DNA of 64,000 bases from an uncultured Rhizobium sp. (GTDB taxonomy: Bacteria; Pseudomonadota; Alphaproteobacteria; Rickettsiales; UBA1997), in NCBI GenBank assembly GCA_964580715.1, contig CAZOKU010000001.1, forward strand, positions 17,310 to 81,309, given 5' to 3'. The notes below the pieces were generated by a model that was not told the origin of the DNA, ran no database searches, and was given only the letters and a program-made list of their open reading frames with translations. Shown here piece after piece: positions 17,637 to 26,480 of the stretch (positions within the stretch are counted from its first letter, which is position 1; the number at the start of each line of letters is the position of its first letter). The position numbers and the translations under genes were made by a program.

Positions 17637-18179
17637 TTAGCGAATTGATTGAATTGTTTTAGCGATGTGGCGATCAATATTTTTGATCTGTGAAGTTGCG
17701 ATTTTTATATTGCCAAGTGTTAGACAAATTAGTTGGTTTATGAAAGACGGGTAAAAATTATTTTCTTTCCCAACAACGATTTGAATTGAATCAGATGGCA
17801 GAGTTGAAAGTAATAAATCAAATTCCAGCAATATCTCCGTGCCAGCCATTTTATATGCTAAGGCCATCTCACTTGAACTAAAAACTCCAAAAAGTGTTCC
17901 ATCTTTTAGAAAAAATCCGACTTCCTTAATTATAAAATCTGAAGGCCCATCTGCTTTTGCTATTAAGTGGATTTGTGATGATCCAATTTTTTCTCCAGAC
18001 ATTATCGGAACGCGCAAAACTTCGTGCTTCAAAGTTTTTGCTTCATCATCAATAACCGGATTCCATCCAAAATCACCCAGCGCAACATGGGTAACTTCAA
18101 GAGAAATTCCAGTTGCTTGTGCATTAAAAGCAGCTTCTTTTCCCGCTTTTGTTATTGTGATTGAAATGTTATCAGCCAT
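17637..18179 (-). CDS. tail fibre protein, N-terminal baseplate-attachment domain (P2 gpH N-term / DUF3751-like)
   Basis: ITITKAGKEAAFNAQATGISLEVTHVALGD.G matches the conserved gpH N-terminal domain. Directly after gpI. Confidence 0.7.
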   Translation of the reverse strand: MADNISITITKAGKEAAFNAQATGISLEVTHVALGDFGWNPVIDDEAKTLKHEVLRVPIMSGEKIGSSQIHLIAKADGPSDFIIKEVGFFLKDGTLFGVFSSSEMALAYKMAGTEILLEFDLLLSTLPSDSIQIVVGKENNFYPSFINQLICLTLGNIKIATSQIKNIDRHIAKTIQSIR

Positions 18180-18804
18180 TGATTTCTTTGTATGTAATCA
18201 CTCTAACTAACGCGATTATTACCAGATTGTTTCTGAATTTTGGAAGCCTGCTTTGTAGAGCAAAAGTTAGACGGCTTTTGATTAGAAGATTTGTTTTGCA
18301 AAATAATTTGCTCTCAAAATTTACGCCGAGTTTAAAATCAAGGTGTGAGCGCAAAGGCTTAACATTGTTGATTAGATTGACTAATTTTTTCTGCGTATCT
18401 TGCGTGATTATTATGTTTTTATTTTTGTCTAAATTCTCGTTGAGGTAAGCTGTGAGCTGAAATGTATGAGGCGTAAGTTTTGGATTTACTTCCCACCATT
18501 CAGTGATTTTTACTTTTACTCCTAAAATTTCTAACGCTCTTTTTACTGCACCTTTTGTTCCTTTTATTTTATGTAAGATAAGGCTATTCCTTATCATTTT
18601 TCTTTTAACTTCCAAACTCCAATTATCATCCCAAGTGTCTATGGATAGGCTCCAACCAATCCACGGCAAAATATTTTCCGGCGCTTCATCAGGATTATTT
18701 ATAAAGCGGTTCAGAGCTTTTAAATCTAAAGACTTTGCCGTAACACTTTCTAAATCTTTTAAAAAAGCAGTCGCATTTATCGGAAGTAAAGATTCGTTAT
18801 TCAT
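18172..18804 (-). CDS. baseplate/tail protein I (P2 gpI-like)
   Basis: SLLP.NAT.....E..........L..L.NPD..P...LPWL.WSLS.D.W pattern. Position after gpJ. Confidence 0.8.
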   Translation of the reverse strand: MNNESLLPINATAFLKDLESVTAKSLDLKALNRFINNPDEAPENILPWIGWSLSIDTWDDNWSLEVKRKMIRNSLILHKIKGTKGAVKRALEILGVKVKITEWWEVNPKLTPHTFQLTAYLNENLDKNKNIIITQDTQKKLVNLINNVKPLRSHLDFKLGVNFESKLFCKTNLLIKSRLTFALQSRLPKFRNNLVIIALVRVITYKEING

Positions 18805-19645
18805 CTATCAGAATCGAAAGATTTATGTTATTGCAATATGCGGCTTCCTCATGACTTGTGACAATATCCTGCGCCGGATTTATGAGTTTAACTTTCTTTA
18901 CTCCGTTTACATGAAGCGCATCGTAAATTCCTGATATCGCGACAACTTTTCCAAGCGCATGTCTTTCGTTAATAAAACTCTGTAAGGCTGTTCTCGCTTC
19001 ATTTTCAACTATTGCAGAAGAGGGGCCGGAATAAACTGTTATTACTGCTTGAATTGAGTAATTAATAATTTTTGCATCTTGAACAGCCACCTTATCAGTT
19101 AAGGGTCGGATATCATCTTCACTTAATTTATTGTAGACTAAATCAATCAATTCCTGATTTACAAAACCATCACCATTTTGTGATAAAATTGTAACCAAGA
19201 CTTCTCCAGGACTGGGACTTTTTACCGAAACTGATTTTATTTCACTTGAGGCAGATAAAGTGTGAAAAATATAAGCACCAATCGGGCCGGCCGTTGAAAA
19301 TCCTTCAAGAGCAAGCTGTGTTCTTTGTCTTAATCTATCATCACTTTCACCATCAAGCTTTTTTACTCCATAGAATGCCGCTAAATTTTCAAGATCGCTT
19401 CCGGTAGCATAAGAAAGCATAGTTGCTTTTGCGGCTTCATTGATTCTGTTTCTTAAAAGTAATTCGCGATAAGCACAAACCTGCAATAAAATCATTGCCG
19501 GATCGCTTTCAAGTAATGTGCTGTATTTCGGATTTAAATCTAAAAAAACTTTTAAAAGATTTTGAAATATTGCTTCATAACTCAACTCTTCAATTACCTT
19601 CGGCGCAGGAAGTTTTGATAAATCTATTGCTGTAAAATTTGACAT
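18797..19645 (-). CDS. baseplate protein J (P2 gpJ-like)
   Basis: 282 aa. DLSKLPAPKVIEELSYEAI...DPAMILLQVCAYRELLLR is typical of gpJ. Confidence 0.9.
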   Translation of the reverse strand: MSNFTAIDLSKLPAPKVIEELSYEAIFQNLLKVFLDLNPKYSTLLESDPAMILLQVCAYRELLLRNRINEAAKATMLSYATGSDLENLAAFYGVKKLDGESDDRLRQRTQLALEGFSTAGPIGAYIFHTLSASSEIKSVSVKSPSPGEVLVTILSQNGDGFVNQELIDLVYNKLSEDDIRPLTDKVAVQDAKIINYSIQAVITVYSGPSSAIVENEARTALQSFINERHALGKVVAISGIYDALHVNGVKKVKLINPAQDIVTSHEEAAYCNNINLSILIDE

Positions 19646-19646
19646 T

Positions 19647-19982
19647 TTATCCGGTAGAAATCTGAATATTTTCTAAACTTATTTTTTCTCCGTTACGAAG
19701 CAAACTGCCTTCAAGATCAATAGTGATTTTTCCTTTTTCAATATTTTGCACAAAGACTTGCTCAAGCTCAAAACGTGGTTCCCAAATGAATAATGCTTCT
19801 ACAATATCTGAATAAATTTCTGCTATGAGTTCACCATTCAGAGGTCTATCAATTTTTTCAAAGAGTCGTGAGCCATAATCGCGGCGCATAATTCTTGAAC
19901 CAATTGGTGTAGTGAGAATATTTATGATTGCTTGCTTGATGTGAGAAATTTCTGATATTGCTTTGCCATTGCTAATATTCAT
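19647..19982 (-). CDS. baseplate protein W (GPW/gp25 family)
   Basis: 111 aa. IKQAIINILTTPIGSRIMRRDYGS matches the gp25/GpW motif. Confidence 0.9.
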   Translation of the reverse strand: MNISNGKAISEISHIKQAIINILTTPIGSRIMRRDYGSRLFEKIDRPLNGELIAEIYSDIVEALFIWEPRFELEQVFVQNIEKGKITIDLEGSLLRNGEKISLENIQISTG

Positions 19983-20530
19983 ATTGCCTTAACTTTTGAT
20001 GACCCTGAAATTATCGGCCATTCGCCAGCAGAAGAACCGGAATCTATTTTTACTTTATCACCAACTCTTGCAATTGCTTTGCCATTAGCACCTCCTAGAT
20101 TTACTCCGCCGGCAAATAAAATACTGCCTGCGGCTTTAATGGTTGCATTTCCTTTAATATCTAAATCAAAATTTCCATTGCTGTTATCAAAGGAAATTTT
20201 TGACCCATCTTTGAAAATTATAGTTTGAATATTTTCTGAATTTGCTGGTGCATTATTGCGATAAATTGAAGGTAAAATTATACCTTGATCCAACTCTCCT
20301 CCTGGAGATAAAACCATTACTTGCTCGTCAATTTCAGGTGGATTCCAATTTTTATTATTGCCACTATTTGCAGTTATCCATGGCAGCCAATCAGTCTCAA
20401 GATTGCCGATTTTTACGCGTGCCAGCGCTTTTTCATGATCAATTGAGAAAATAGTGCCAAGACGAATAATATTTGCTATACGCCTTCCCAAATCGTTTAA
20501 ATTAAATCCATCTTTTTCATCAAACATCAT
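19979..20530 (-). CDS. baseplate spike/assembly protein V (P2 gpV-like)
   Basis: L.RRI.N.IR.GTI..ID...A.ARV..G...TDWLPW matches gpV. Confidence 0.9.
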   Translation of the reverse strand: MMFDEKDGFNLNDLGRRIANIIRLGTIFSIDHEKALARVKIGNLETDWLPWITANSGNNKNWNPPEIDEQVMVLSPGGELDQGIILPSIYRNNAPANSENIQTIIFKDGSKISFDNSNGNFDLDIKGNATIKAAGSILFAGGVNLGGANGKAIARVGDKVKIDSGSSAGEWPIISGSSKVKAI

Positions 20531-20690
20531 TCTTCTTTGATTTTTTATTCTCCAAAAGTAGGCGGTGAATTTTTAGCGCTTTGCCATTTGTTAACAAAGG
20601 AACTGCGATTTTTTCACTTAATTCATAAATTTGTCCTTTCTGATATTCGAGATAATCAGAAGTCATTTTAATTTTAATTGTTTCTGCCAT
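20520..20690 (-). CDS. small phage protein (56 aa)
   Basis: Below the ORF-track cut-off. ATG at 20690, and the stop overlaps the gpV start by 11 nt. It fills the otherwise empty gap between two structural genes. Confidence 0.4.
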   Translation of the reverse strand: MAETIKIKMTSDYLEYQKGQIYELSEKIAVPLLTNGKALKIHRLLLENKKSKKNDV

Positions 20691-20691
20691 T

Positions 20692-21114
20692 TTATTTATA
20701 ATAAATGATTGAGTAGTTAAGTCTTACAGCGCCATATATTTTGCTGCCTTCAATTGAACAATCCATTTCGGTTGATTTAAGTTTTAAAACGTCTGATTTT
20801 CTTTTTTGCATTTCAAAATCTTCAAAAGCAGATTCTATCTGCAAAGCCATTCTATCTAATAACTCATCAAGATTCTCATCTCCTAAAACAACTGCTTCAA
20901 TAGCAACATCAAGATCGCGCTTAGTAGCACCAAAACCATCAGATGCAAATTTTTCTTCCAACACATTTTCATTTTTTGCATAAACTAAAATTGCTGGTAA
21001 AAGATTATCAAAAAGTGGTTTGGTTCTGTTGCCAAAAACTCTATCTTGTGCATCAGTTTTATTTTTAAGGTGACAAACCAAAGCTTCTCTTATTTCCAGG
21101 CGCGGATGATTCAT
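20692..21114 (-). CDS. putative head-tail connector / tail completion protein
   Basis: 140 aa located between the head and baseplate modules. The IREALVCHLKN....RVFGNR......LPAILVY pattern resembles tail-completion (DUF3168-like) proteins. Confidence 0.5.
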   Translation of the reverse strand: MNHPRLEIREALVCHLKNKTDAQDRVFGNRTKPLFDNLLPAILVYAKNENVLEEKFASDGFGATKRDLDVAIEAVVLGDENLDELLDRMALQIESAFEDFEMQKRKSDVLKLKSTEMDCSIEGSKIYGAVRLNYSIIYYK

Positions 21115-21430
21115 GTAATACCAATTTTTTACTTCCTATGATATGATGTTGAATATCAATTATTTGATAACGCAAGTTCTTTATTTCGATAAGATCTCCT
21201 TGAAATGCTTGAGGATATGATTTTGGCATATTCACATCTCGTATAAATAAAACTATTTCATTGGAACTTATGTCTGCTTCAGAGGAGTTAGTGTTAACTT
21301 CTTTGTAGTTACGATGAAAATCTCCAGCGATTGTAAATGGTGAAAAGTTTTGATTTGACGGAATATAAACTGCCTGCTGGCCAAATATTTCAAGGCACGG
21401 GCGATTTATAAAATTATCAAAGTCAAACAT
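21065..21430 (-). CDS. putative head-tail joining protein
   Basis: 121 aa. Position and the GDLIEI....Y.I pattern resemble lambda FII-like head-tail joining proteins. Overlaps the next gene by 50 nt. Confidence 0.45.
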   Translation of the reverse strand: MFDFDNFINRPCLEIFGQQAVYIPSNQNFSPFTIAGDFHRNYKEVNTNSSEADISSNEIVLFIRDVNMPKSYPQAFQGDLIEIKNLRYQIIDIQHHIIGSKKLVLHESSAPGNKRSFGLSP

Positions 21431-21433
21431 TTG

Positions 21434-21889
21434 CTAATTTACGTTATCAGTTTCAGGCTTTCTTTTATTGTGTTCGTTATCTCCTTGATTATCTGTTTGG
21501 TTTTTTGCCAAAAGTTCTGAAAGTAATTTTTCTGCTTCATCTTTTTTGATCGGTTTTGAAGTTAATAAATTTTTGTCTGAGTCAAAGACATTATATTTCC
21601 CAAAATTTGTACGTTGGATGCAGGGATATTCTGTTGGCACTTCAGTCTTATTTTCTGATTTTTTATCAGAAATTTCTTTTAAATTTTCTAAAAGAGTTTT
21701 TGTTAAATTTTCAGACAAGAGAGTAATTTTTTCTCCTTGCTTAAACTGCACAGGTTCAAGCACTTCAAAAATATCTTTGCTTTTATTTCTTAAAGAAGTT
21801 GATCTGCTTTCCGCCTGATTTTTTGAAAGTCTAAGCTCAGTGCCAATGCCAATAGTTATTTGTTTTCCTGTTACTTCATAAGTTTGCAT
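21434..21889 (-). CDS. hypothetical phage head-associated protein
   Basis: 151 aa, immediately downstream of the capsid gene. Charged, no recognised motif. Confidence 0.45.
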   Translation of the reverse strand: MQTYEVTGKQITIGIGTELRLSKNQAESRSTSLRNKSKDIFEVLEPVQFKQGEKITLLSENLTKTLLENLKEISDKKSENKTEVPTEYPCIQRTNFGKYNVFDSDKNLLTSKPIKKDEAEKLLSELLAKNQTDNQGDNEHNKRKPETDNVN

Positions 21890-21901
21890 GATTACTCGCC
21901 A

Positions 21902-22867
21902 TTAAGATTTAATTAACTTGGTCAAACAGGCATGTTGCCAATATCCGTAACCAACATTTCTCCAGGTATCAACACCATATTCATGCTTATCATATCTGAA
22001 TTCCAACTCAGAACCTTCAGCAATTGCTTTTAATTTTACTCCTTCTTCTTCCTGACGAATGAAAGGTTTAATAGCGCTATCAGTTCTGAAAACAGCGAAC
22101 TTATCATCCCATGGAAGACGTGGATTTTGCGCCACAGAAATGTCTAACTCATTTAAAATTTTGATTGTATTCGTGCTACCGCCAACAGTTAAAGGAGTTG
22201 CAATTGCCGCCTTAGCAATATGCCACATTGAAGTTGGAACCATCACTAAAAACTGACTGGCATTTTCATTCATCGCTTCGCCTTGATCATCTTTGAATGA
22301 AAGAATTTGTTGAATGGTTTTTAGAACCGCTAAACGAAATGCTGCTTCACTTGGGCTTGAGGCAATACCAACTTTACCGCTGTCAATTTGCTCTATGAAT
22401 TCTGCAAGATCGAGTTGTAATTTATTACTTTGAATTCCGCTTTTTCCTTCAGCATGATCATTATCAAAATAATATTGTCCGTCATAGCAAACAGTGCTTT
22501 CACCATTGATAATTAACTTGGATAAAATTTGCGCCCAATGTGAATTAGTTCGATCTGCAAATTCATTTATTCTTGCAACAATTTGACCGGTTTTATCACG
22601 CCTTAAATCTTTAACATTTATTTCAAGTGTGCCTTCAAAATGTTTATTTTCAATTGTAAGACCGTTAACTGAAAATCCTTTAGCTTGTCTGCCACCAATC
22701 CACTCACGCATAACAGGAACTTGTCCTAGCCATTTGTAAGTTTCGCTTTCTTGATCGGAAGTAAAGTAATTTGAAATTGCTTCAATCCAATCCATGCCAG
22801 TTTTTTGCTCAAGGCGTTTATAGTAAAGGCCAATAATAGCCCTTGATGATAATTCGTTTAAAGACAT
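21902..22867 (-). CDS. major capsid protein (Mu gpT-like family)
   Basis: ETYKWLGQVPVMREWIGGRQAKGFSVNGLTIENKHFEGTLEINVKDL...CYDGQYYFDNDH aligns with Mu gpT (YGWLGKFPTLKEWVGKR...NKTFEGTV...CYDGQNFFDKEH). Confidence 0.85.
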   Translation of the reverse strand: MSLNELSSRAIIGLYYKRLEQKTGMDWIEAISNYFTSDQESETYKWLGQVPVMREWIGGRQAKGFSVNGLTIENKHFEGTLEINVKDLRRDKTGQIVARINEFADRTNSHWAQILSKLIINGESTVCYDGQYYFDNDHAEGKSGIQSNKLQLDLAEFIEQIDSGKVGIASSPSEAAFRLAVLKTIQQILSFKDDQGEAMNENASQFLVMVPTSMWHIAKAAIATPLTVGGSTNTIKILNELDISVAQNPRLPWDDKFAVFRTDSAIKPFIRQEEEGVKLKAIAEGSELEFRYDKHEYGVDTWRNVGYGYWQHACLTKLIKS

Positions 22868-22894
22868 AGTTTTTTTATTAATTGTTAGAAAATT

Positions 22895-23302
22895 CTAAGA
22901 GAAGGATGCTGCATCAAATTCGACAATGGCAATGCCACCTGAATCTATGCGTGAAATTTTTCCTATATAAACTGTACCTTCTTCAGATAAGGTGAATGTG
23001 TTGTCATCGCTTGCGTAAACTGATTTTTTAATATCAGCTAAAGTTATTCCGGAAATTTCAATTAAGATTGCACCTCGCTTGCGAAGTCGAATATTTTTTA
23101 CACCATCTCCACCGCTGAAATTGTTGGAATTATCCTCTGCAAAACCAACAAATTTATCTCCATTTTGAAGTGGTTTTGCATATCCGGATGAGTTAATTCC
23201 AACTGCGGCTCCTTCGTAAATTATTGCACCTCCTTTTACTGGAAGTTGATTAATATCTCCTGATTCGTAGGTGCGTCTTATATCTGCTGTTAATGCTGTC
23301 AT
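22895..23302 (-). CDS. head decoration/cement protein (DUF2190-like)
   Basis: 135 aa between the protease and the capsid. Gly-rich beta protein typical of this slot. Confidence 0.6.
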   Translation of the reverse strand: MTALTADIRRTYESGDINQLPVKGGAIIYEGAAVGINSSGYAKPLQNGDKFVGFAEDNSNNFSGGDGVKNIRLRKRGAILIEISGITLADIKKSVYASDDNTFTLSEEGTVYIGKISRIDSGGIAIVEFDAASFS

Positions 23303-23305
23303 GGT

Positions 23306-24661
23306 TTACCTCTTTAAAATTTTTACCTGATTATTTTCACTCGCTTTTTTGAAAGCTAAGAATGATTCGAAATCATTTCCAAATTCAGACCTGAGCTTGG
23401 AATCATTTTGCCACTCGGATTTTGCTTGATCTTCAAGAGGAGCGTCCTTATCTATTTTTGTTTTATTTGAAGAGGTGTTTTCAAAGCTGGGATCAACTTT
23501 TGGCATTTCTTTTTCTGCTTCTTTTTGTGATTCGAGATATTTTGTACCTCGTTGCTTTTCTCGCGCGATAATTTGCAGAGCAAGTTTATCTGCTGTCATA
23601 TCTTTATCTTGTTTTGCTTTTGTAACCAGATCTTCATGGCCAGGAAGAGAAGCATCTTCAATTGCTAAAATTCTTTTTCTTTCTGCTTCAATGCCTTCTG
23701 CAAATCCAGCTTTAAAAGAGCTATCTTTTATTTCACTTTTAATTTTATCAGAATTTTCTTTTGCTAATTTTTCAGCAATATCAGGAAATTCTGATTTAAT
23801 AAAATCTGCTGTAACTGCAGACCTTTCGATTGTTTCTTTAGACATAAAATTGATTTTTTTATTCGTTGAAATTTGTTGATTTAATTCACTTAAGATTTCT
23901 TCGTAAGTTCCAAGAGAATCTGCCATGCCGCATGCGACTGCGTTCTTACCTATTAAAACACCACCTTGTCCGAAATCATTTTTTACTGTGTTAATGCTTA
24001 CGTTTCTGTATTTGGCAACTGCTTCAATAAATTGCGCTTCAATATCATTGAGTTCGCGTTTTATCTCGGAAATTCCTTCTTCCGTTCTTGGATCAGGTCG
24101 CTTTTGTTTTGCATTACTTGAAACAATTTCGATATTTTTATAACCTTCAGAATCGGGCTGTTCCTGAACCGGAATTGTTGTTACAACTCCAATACTTCCA
24201 AGTAACGCAGATGGATTTGCAATAATCTTTTCAGTTGCAGAAGCAATCCAATAAGCTGCTGATGAGCAATTTCTTCCAACATAACTCCAGATTGGTTTTT
24301 TGCCTCGTGCTTTAAAAATAGCATCAGCCATTTCTTGCGGACCTAAAGCAACTCCACCTGGTGAATCAATGTCGAATAGAATTGCTTTTACCTGATCATC
24401 GTTAAGCGCAGTTTGAAAATCTTTTGCCAAATCTGACAAAGCAGTTCCACCCAGAAAAAAAGTAAAAATATCGCTTCTTGCAGTAATTGGGCCATATAGC
24501 GGAATGATTGCAGTGCCATCGCGAATTAAAACTGATCTTGTGTTATTCAGTTTTCTTTCTGACTGGAAAGAAATAGATTTGATTTCTTCCAAGCAATAAA
24601 AGCTCTTTAAAATATCAGGTTCAATCGCCCAATATTTAGCAATTTTTAAAATATCGTTCAT
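23306..24661 (-). CDS. S49-family (SppA/ClpP-fold) head maturation protease with C-terminal scaffold-like region
   Basis: DIDSPGGVALG and RNCSSAAYWIASA motifs, followed by a ~170-aa charged helical C-terminus, as in lambda gpC/Nu3. Confidence 0.85.
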   Translation of the reverse strand: MNDILKIAKYWAIEPDILKSFYCLEEIKSISFQSERKLNNTRSVLIRDGTAIIPLYGPITARSDIFTFFLGGTALSDLAKDFQTALNDDQVKAILFDIDSPGGVALGPQEMADAIFKARGKKPIWSYVGRNCSSAAYWIASATEKIIANPSALLGSIGVVTTIPVQEQPDSEGYKNIEIVSSNAKQKRPDPRTEEGISEIKRELNDIEAQFIEAVAKYRNVSINTVKNDFGQGGVLIGKNAVACGMADSLGTYEEILSELNQQISTNKKINFMSKETIERSAVTADFIKSEFPDIAEKLAKENSDKIKSEIKDSSFKAGFAEGIEAERKRILAIEDASLPGHEDLVTKAKQDKDMTADKLALQIIAREKQRGTKYLESQKEAEKEMPKVDPSFENTSSNKTKIDKDAPLEDQAKSEWQNDSKLRSEFGNDFESFLAFKKASENNQVKILKR

Positions 24662-24673
24662 TTGATTAGGTTG

Positions 24674-24701
24674 ATTTCACCAGGGGTGGTGAAATTTTTT
24701 T
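24674..24701 (+). terminator. intrinsic-terminator-like hairpin oriented on the plus (antisense) strand between portal and protease genes
   Basis: ATTTCACCA-GGGG-TGGTGAAAT is followed by a T-run on the plus strand. On the coding (minus) strand the hairpin is preceded by an A-run and not followed by Us. Confidence 0.5.
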
Positions 24702-26248
24702 CAGGAGGATGTTTGAGTTAATTCTTTTGGAATAATTCCGGCTTCTTGTTTCAGTTTATATTCTTTAAGAATTTGTGGATATTTACGTTCGAAATCTCCA
24801 CCGGTTAAAATTGATGTTTCCTCGGCAAGAGTACTAACACCAATTTCAATTCTTGTTTGTGCAGCTCTAACTTCTTTTAACTGATCAATTTGTCCTCTTG
24901 GTGGTCCAATCCATTCAGCACCTAAGTAGGCACTTCTTATTGTTGGATTAGCAAAAAAATTTGGTGCGTTTAATTCTCCTTTAGCAATCGCCTCAGTAAT
25001 TACCATTTCATAAATCGGCTGGCATAATTGAGTTGCTAACCATTTGCGCCTGCTTGAGAAAAATTTCCATGCTTCAACTAAAGCTGCTTGTGCTGCAGAA
25101 TAGCTGGCTGTGAAATGTTTAATTAAAATTTCAAATGGCAATTCAAGCGCTACACCGATTTGGCGAAGCACAGCTTGCACAAAAGGATCAAAGGCTTGAT
25201 TCGGTCTTTTCGGATCGGCGATATCAATGTTTTCGCCTGGCTGCAAATCAAGAATTGCGCCTGGTCCGAGTTTGTAATCTCCATCATCTCTACCGCCACC
25301 TTCAGGAGGAGTCATTGGTGCAAGTCCTTCTTCATCTTCTGATTTTACAAAAACAGTAAACATCGCCGAAACTACGGCAGCCATAATTTCTGCTTCGGTG
25401 TAGCGATCTAATTGTTTTAGACTTTCAATTACTGGCGCTAAATATGGAACGCCGCGAGTAAGTCCTGGTCTGTTGCGACTAAAAATATGAAAGACCTGAC
25501 GATTTCCATATTTGTCAAAAGCCGGAATTTTGACGAATTTTTTTTCTTTTTGGTTTTGAAAATCAGTCGGATGTTGATTGCAAACTGAGTAAGAAATCGG
25601 TGCGCCATCAGAATCCATTTCAACACCGCCAGCAAGAGTTGTTGTGTCAGATTTAAAATCAGTATTAGCAACTCGATCTGCTTCTACAATTTGCAGAGCA
25701 AGATTGATGTTTCTGTTTGGTCGCTCGACGTAACGCTTAAGAATGAAAACATCACCGCTTTCAAGAACAGAACGCAAAACTAAATTTTGAATTTCGCTAA
25801 AAGTTTGGCAGCGAGTAATGTCGCAATCCTGATTCTCAGACCAGTTGCGAAATATCCGTTCAGCATTTCTTTCAAAAGCATCAAATTCATCTTCGCTTTT
25901 GAAGTAATCTTTAAGCACATCGCGATCTAAGTGCGACTGAACTTTAAGACCAGTTCCAACAACATTTGTGACGACAGTATTTACTGCACCACACGCAAGC
26001 GGAGCATTACGAACTAAATCGCGCGATCTTTGACGAAGCTCTGGTAAATCAGGAAGAGTCACATTGTCAGCAGAGCCATCAGTTGCATTCCAACTTGAGG
26101 TTTGTCGGCGATCGCGTCTTGCGCCAGTATAACCACCAGCAATTGCCAATCTGGTTCTTGCTTCAAACCTTCTTAATCCAGCTTGAGGGTTTAAGTAAGA
26201 GATGGTTTTGTCTAACCAGCTTTCAGAAATTTTTGGAAATTTTCTCAT
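24701..26248 (-). CDS. portal protein (lambda family)
   Basis: 515 aa, directly after gpW and terminase. The sequence pattern (YSGA.R.RR....W........D...LP.LR.RSRDL.RN.P) is lambda-portal-like. Confidence 0.9.
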   Translation of the reverse strand: MRKFPKISESWLDKTISYLNPQAGLRRFEARTRLAIAGGYTGARRDRRQTSSWNATDGSADNVTLPDLPELRQRSRDLVRNAPLACGAVNTVVTNVVGTGLKVQSHLDRDVLKDYFKSEDEFDAFERNAERIFRNWSENQDCDITRCQTFSEIQNLVLRSVLESGDVFILKRYVERPNRNINLALQIVEADRVANTDFKSDTTTLAGGVEMDSDGAPISYSVCNQHPTDFQNQKEKKFVKIPAFDKYGNRQVFHIFSRNRPGLTRGVPYLAPVIESLKQLDRYTEAEIMAAVVSAMFTVFVKSEDEEGLAPMTPPEGGGRDDGDYKLGPGAILDLQPGENIDIADPKRPNQAFDPFVQAVLRQIGVALELPFEILIKHFTASYSAAQAALVEAWKFFSSRRKWLATQLCQPIYEMVITEAIAKGELNAPNFFANPTIRSAYLGAEWIGPPRGQIDQLKEVRAAQTRIEIGVSTLAEETSILTGGDFERKYPQILKEYKLKQEAGIIPKELTQTSS

Positions 26249-26448
26249 ACTGGCGTAACACCTCTAACTCTGATTCCACCGCGATTTTTTCTTTTGATCT
26301 GCACCAATAATCTTTTTTCGCGTTGCTCAAGATTAGCAAGATCAGCTTTTCTAACTTTCTGTCCGTTATACCACGCTTCCTGTGCATTGGTTAAAATATC
26401 AGAGATTGCTTGTTGTACTTCACTTAATTGTTCTTCAAGAGTTCTCAT
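26245..26448 (-). CDS. head-tail joining protein (lambda gpW-like)
   Basis: 67 aa between terminase and portal, helical with a basic C-terminus. Confidence 0.75.
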   Translation of the reverse strand: MRTLEEQLSEVQQAISDILTNAQEAWYNGQKVRKADLANLEQREKRLLVQIKRKNRGGIRVRGVTPV

Positions 26449-26480
26449 TTTTTAAGGGTACGGATGAAAAGTCGGACTGG

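Noticed and set aside
15742-18179. Diversity-generating retroelement or invertible tail-fibre segment
   Set aside because: No reverse transcriptase or invertase gene, no template/variable repeat pair, and no inverted repeats flanking the fibre genes were seen.
15878-18934. Plus-strand ORFs antisense to tail-fibre and baseplate genes (15878..16285, 17248..17635, 17839..18448, 18503..18934)
   Set aside because: Each is entirely inside a recognisable structural gene on the other strand. This differs from the junction inserts, which occupy otherwise empty gaps.
23475-24143. Plus-strand ORFs antisense to the S49 protease gene
   Set aside because: Shadow ORFs with Ser/Phe/Leu-rich nonsense-like products.
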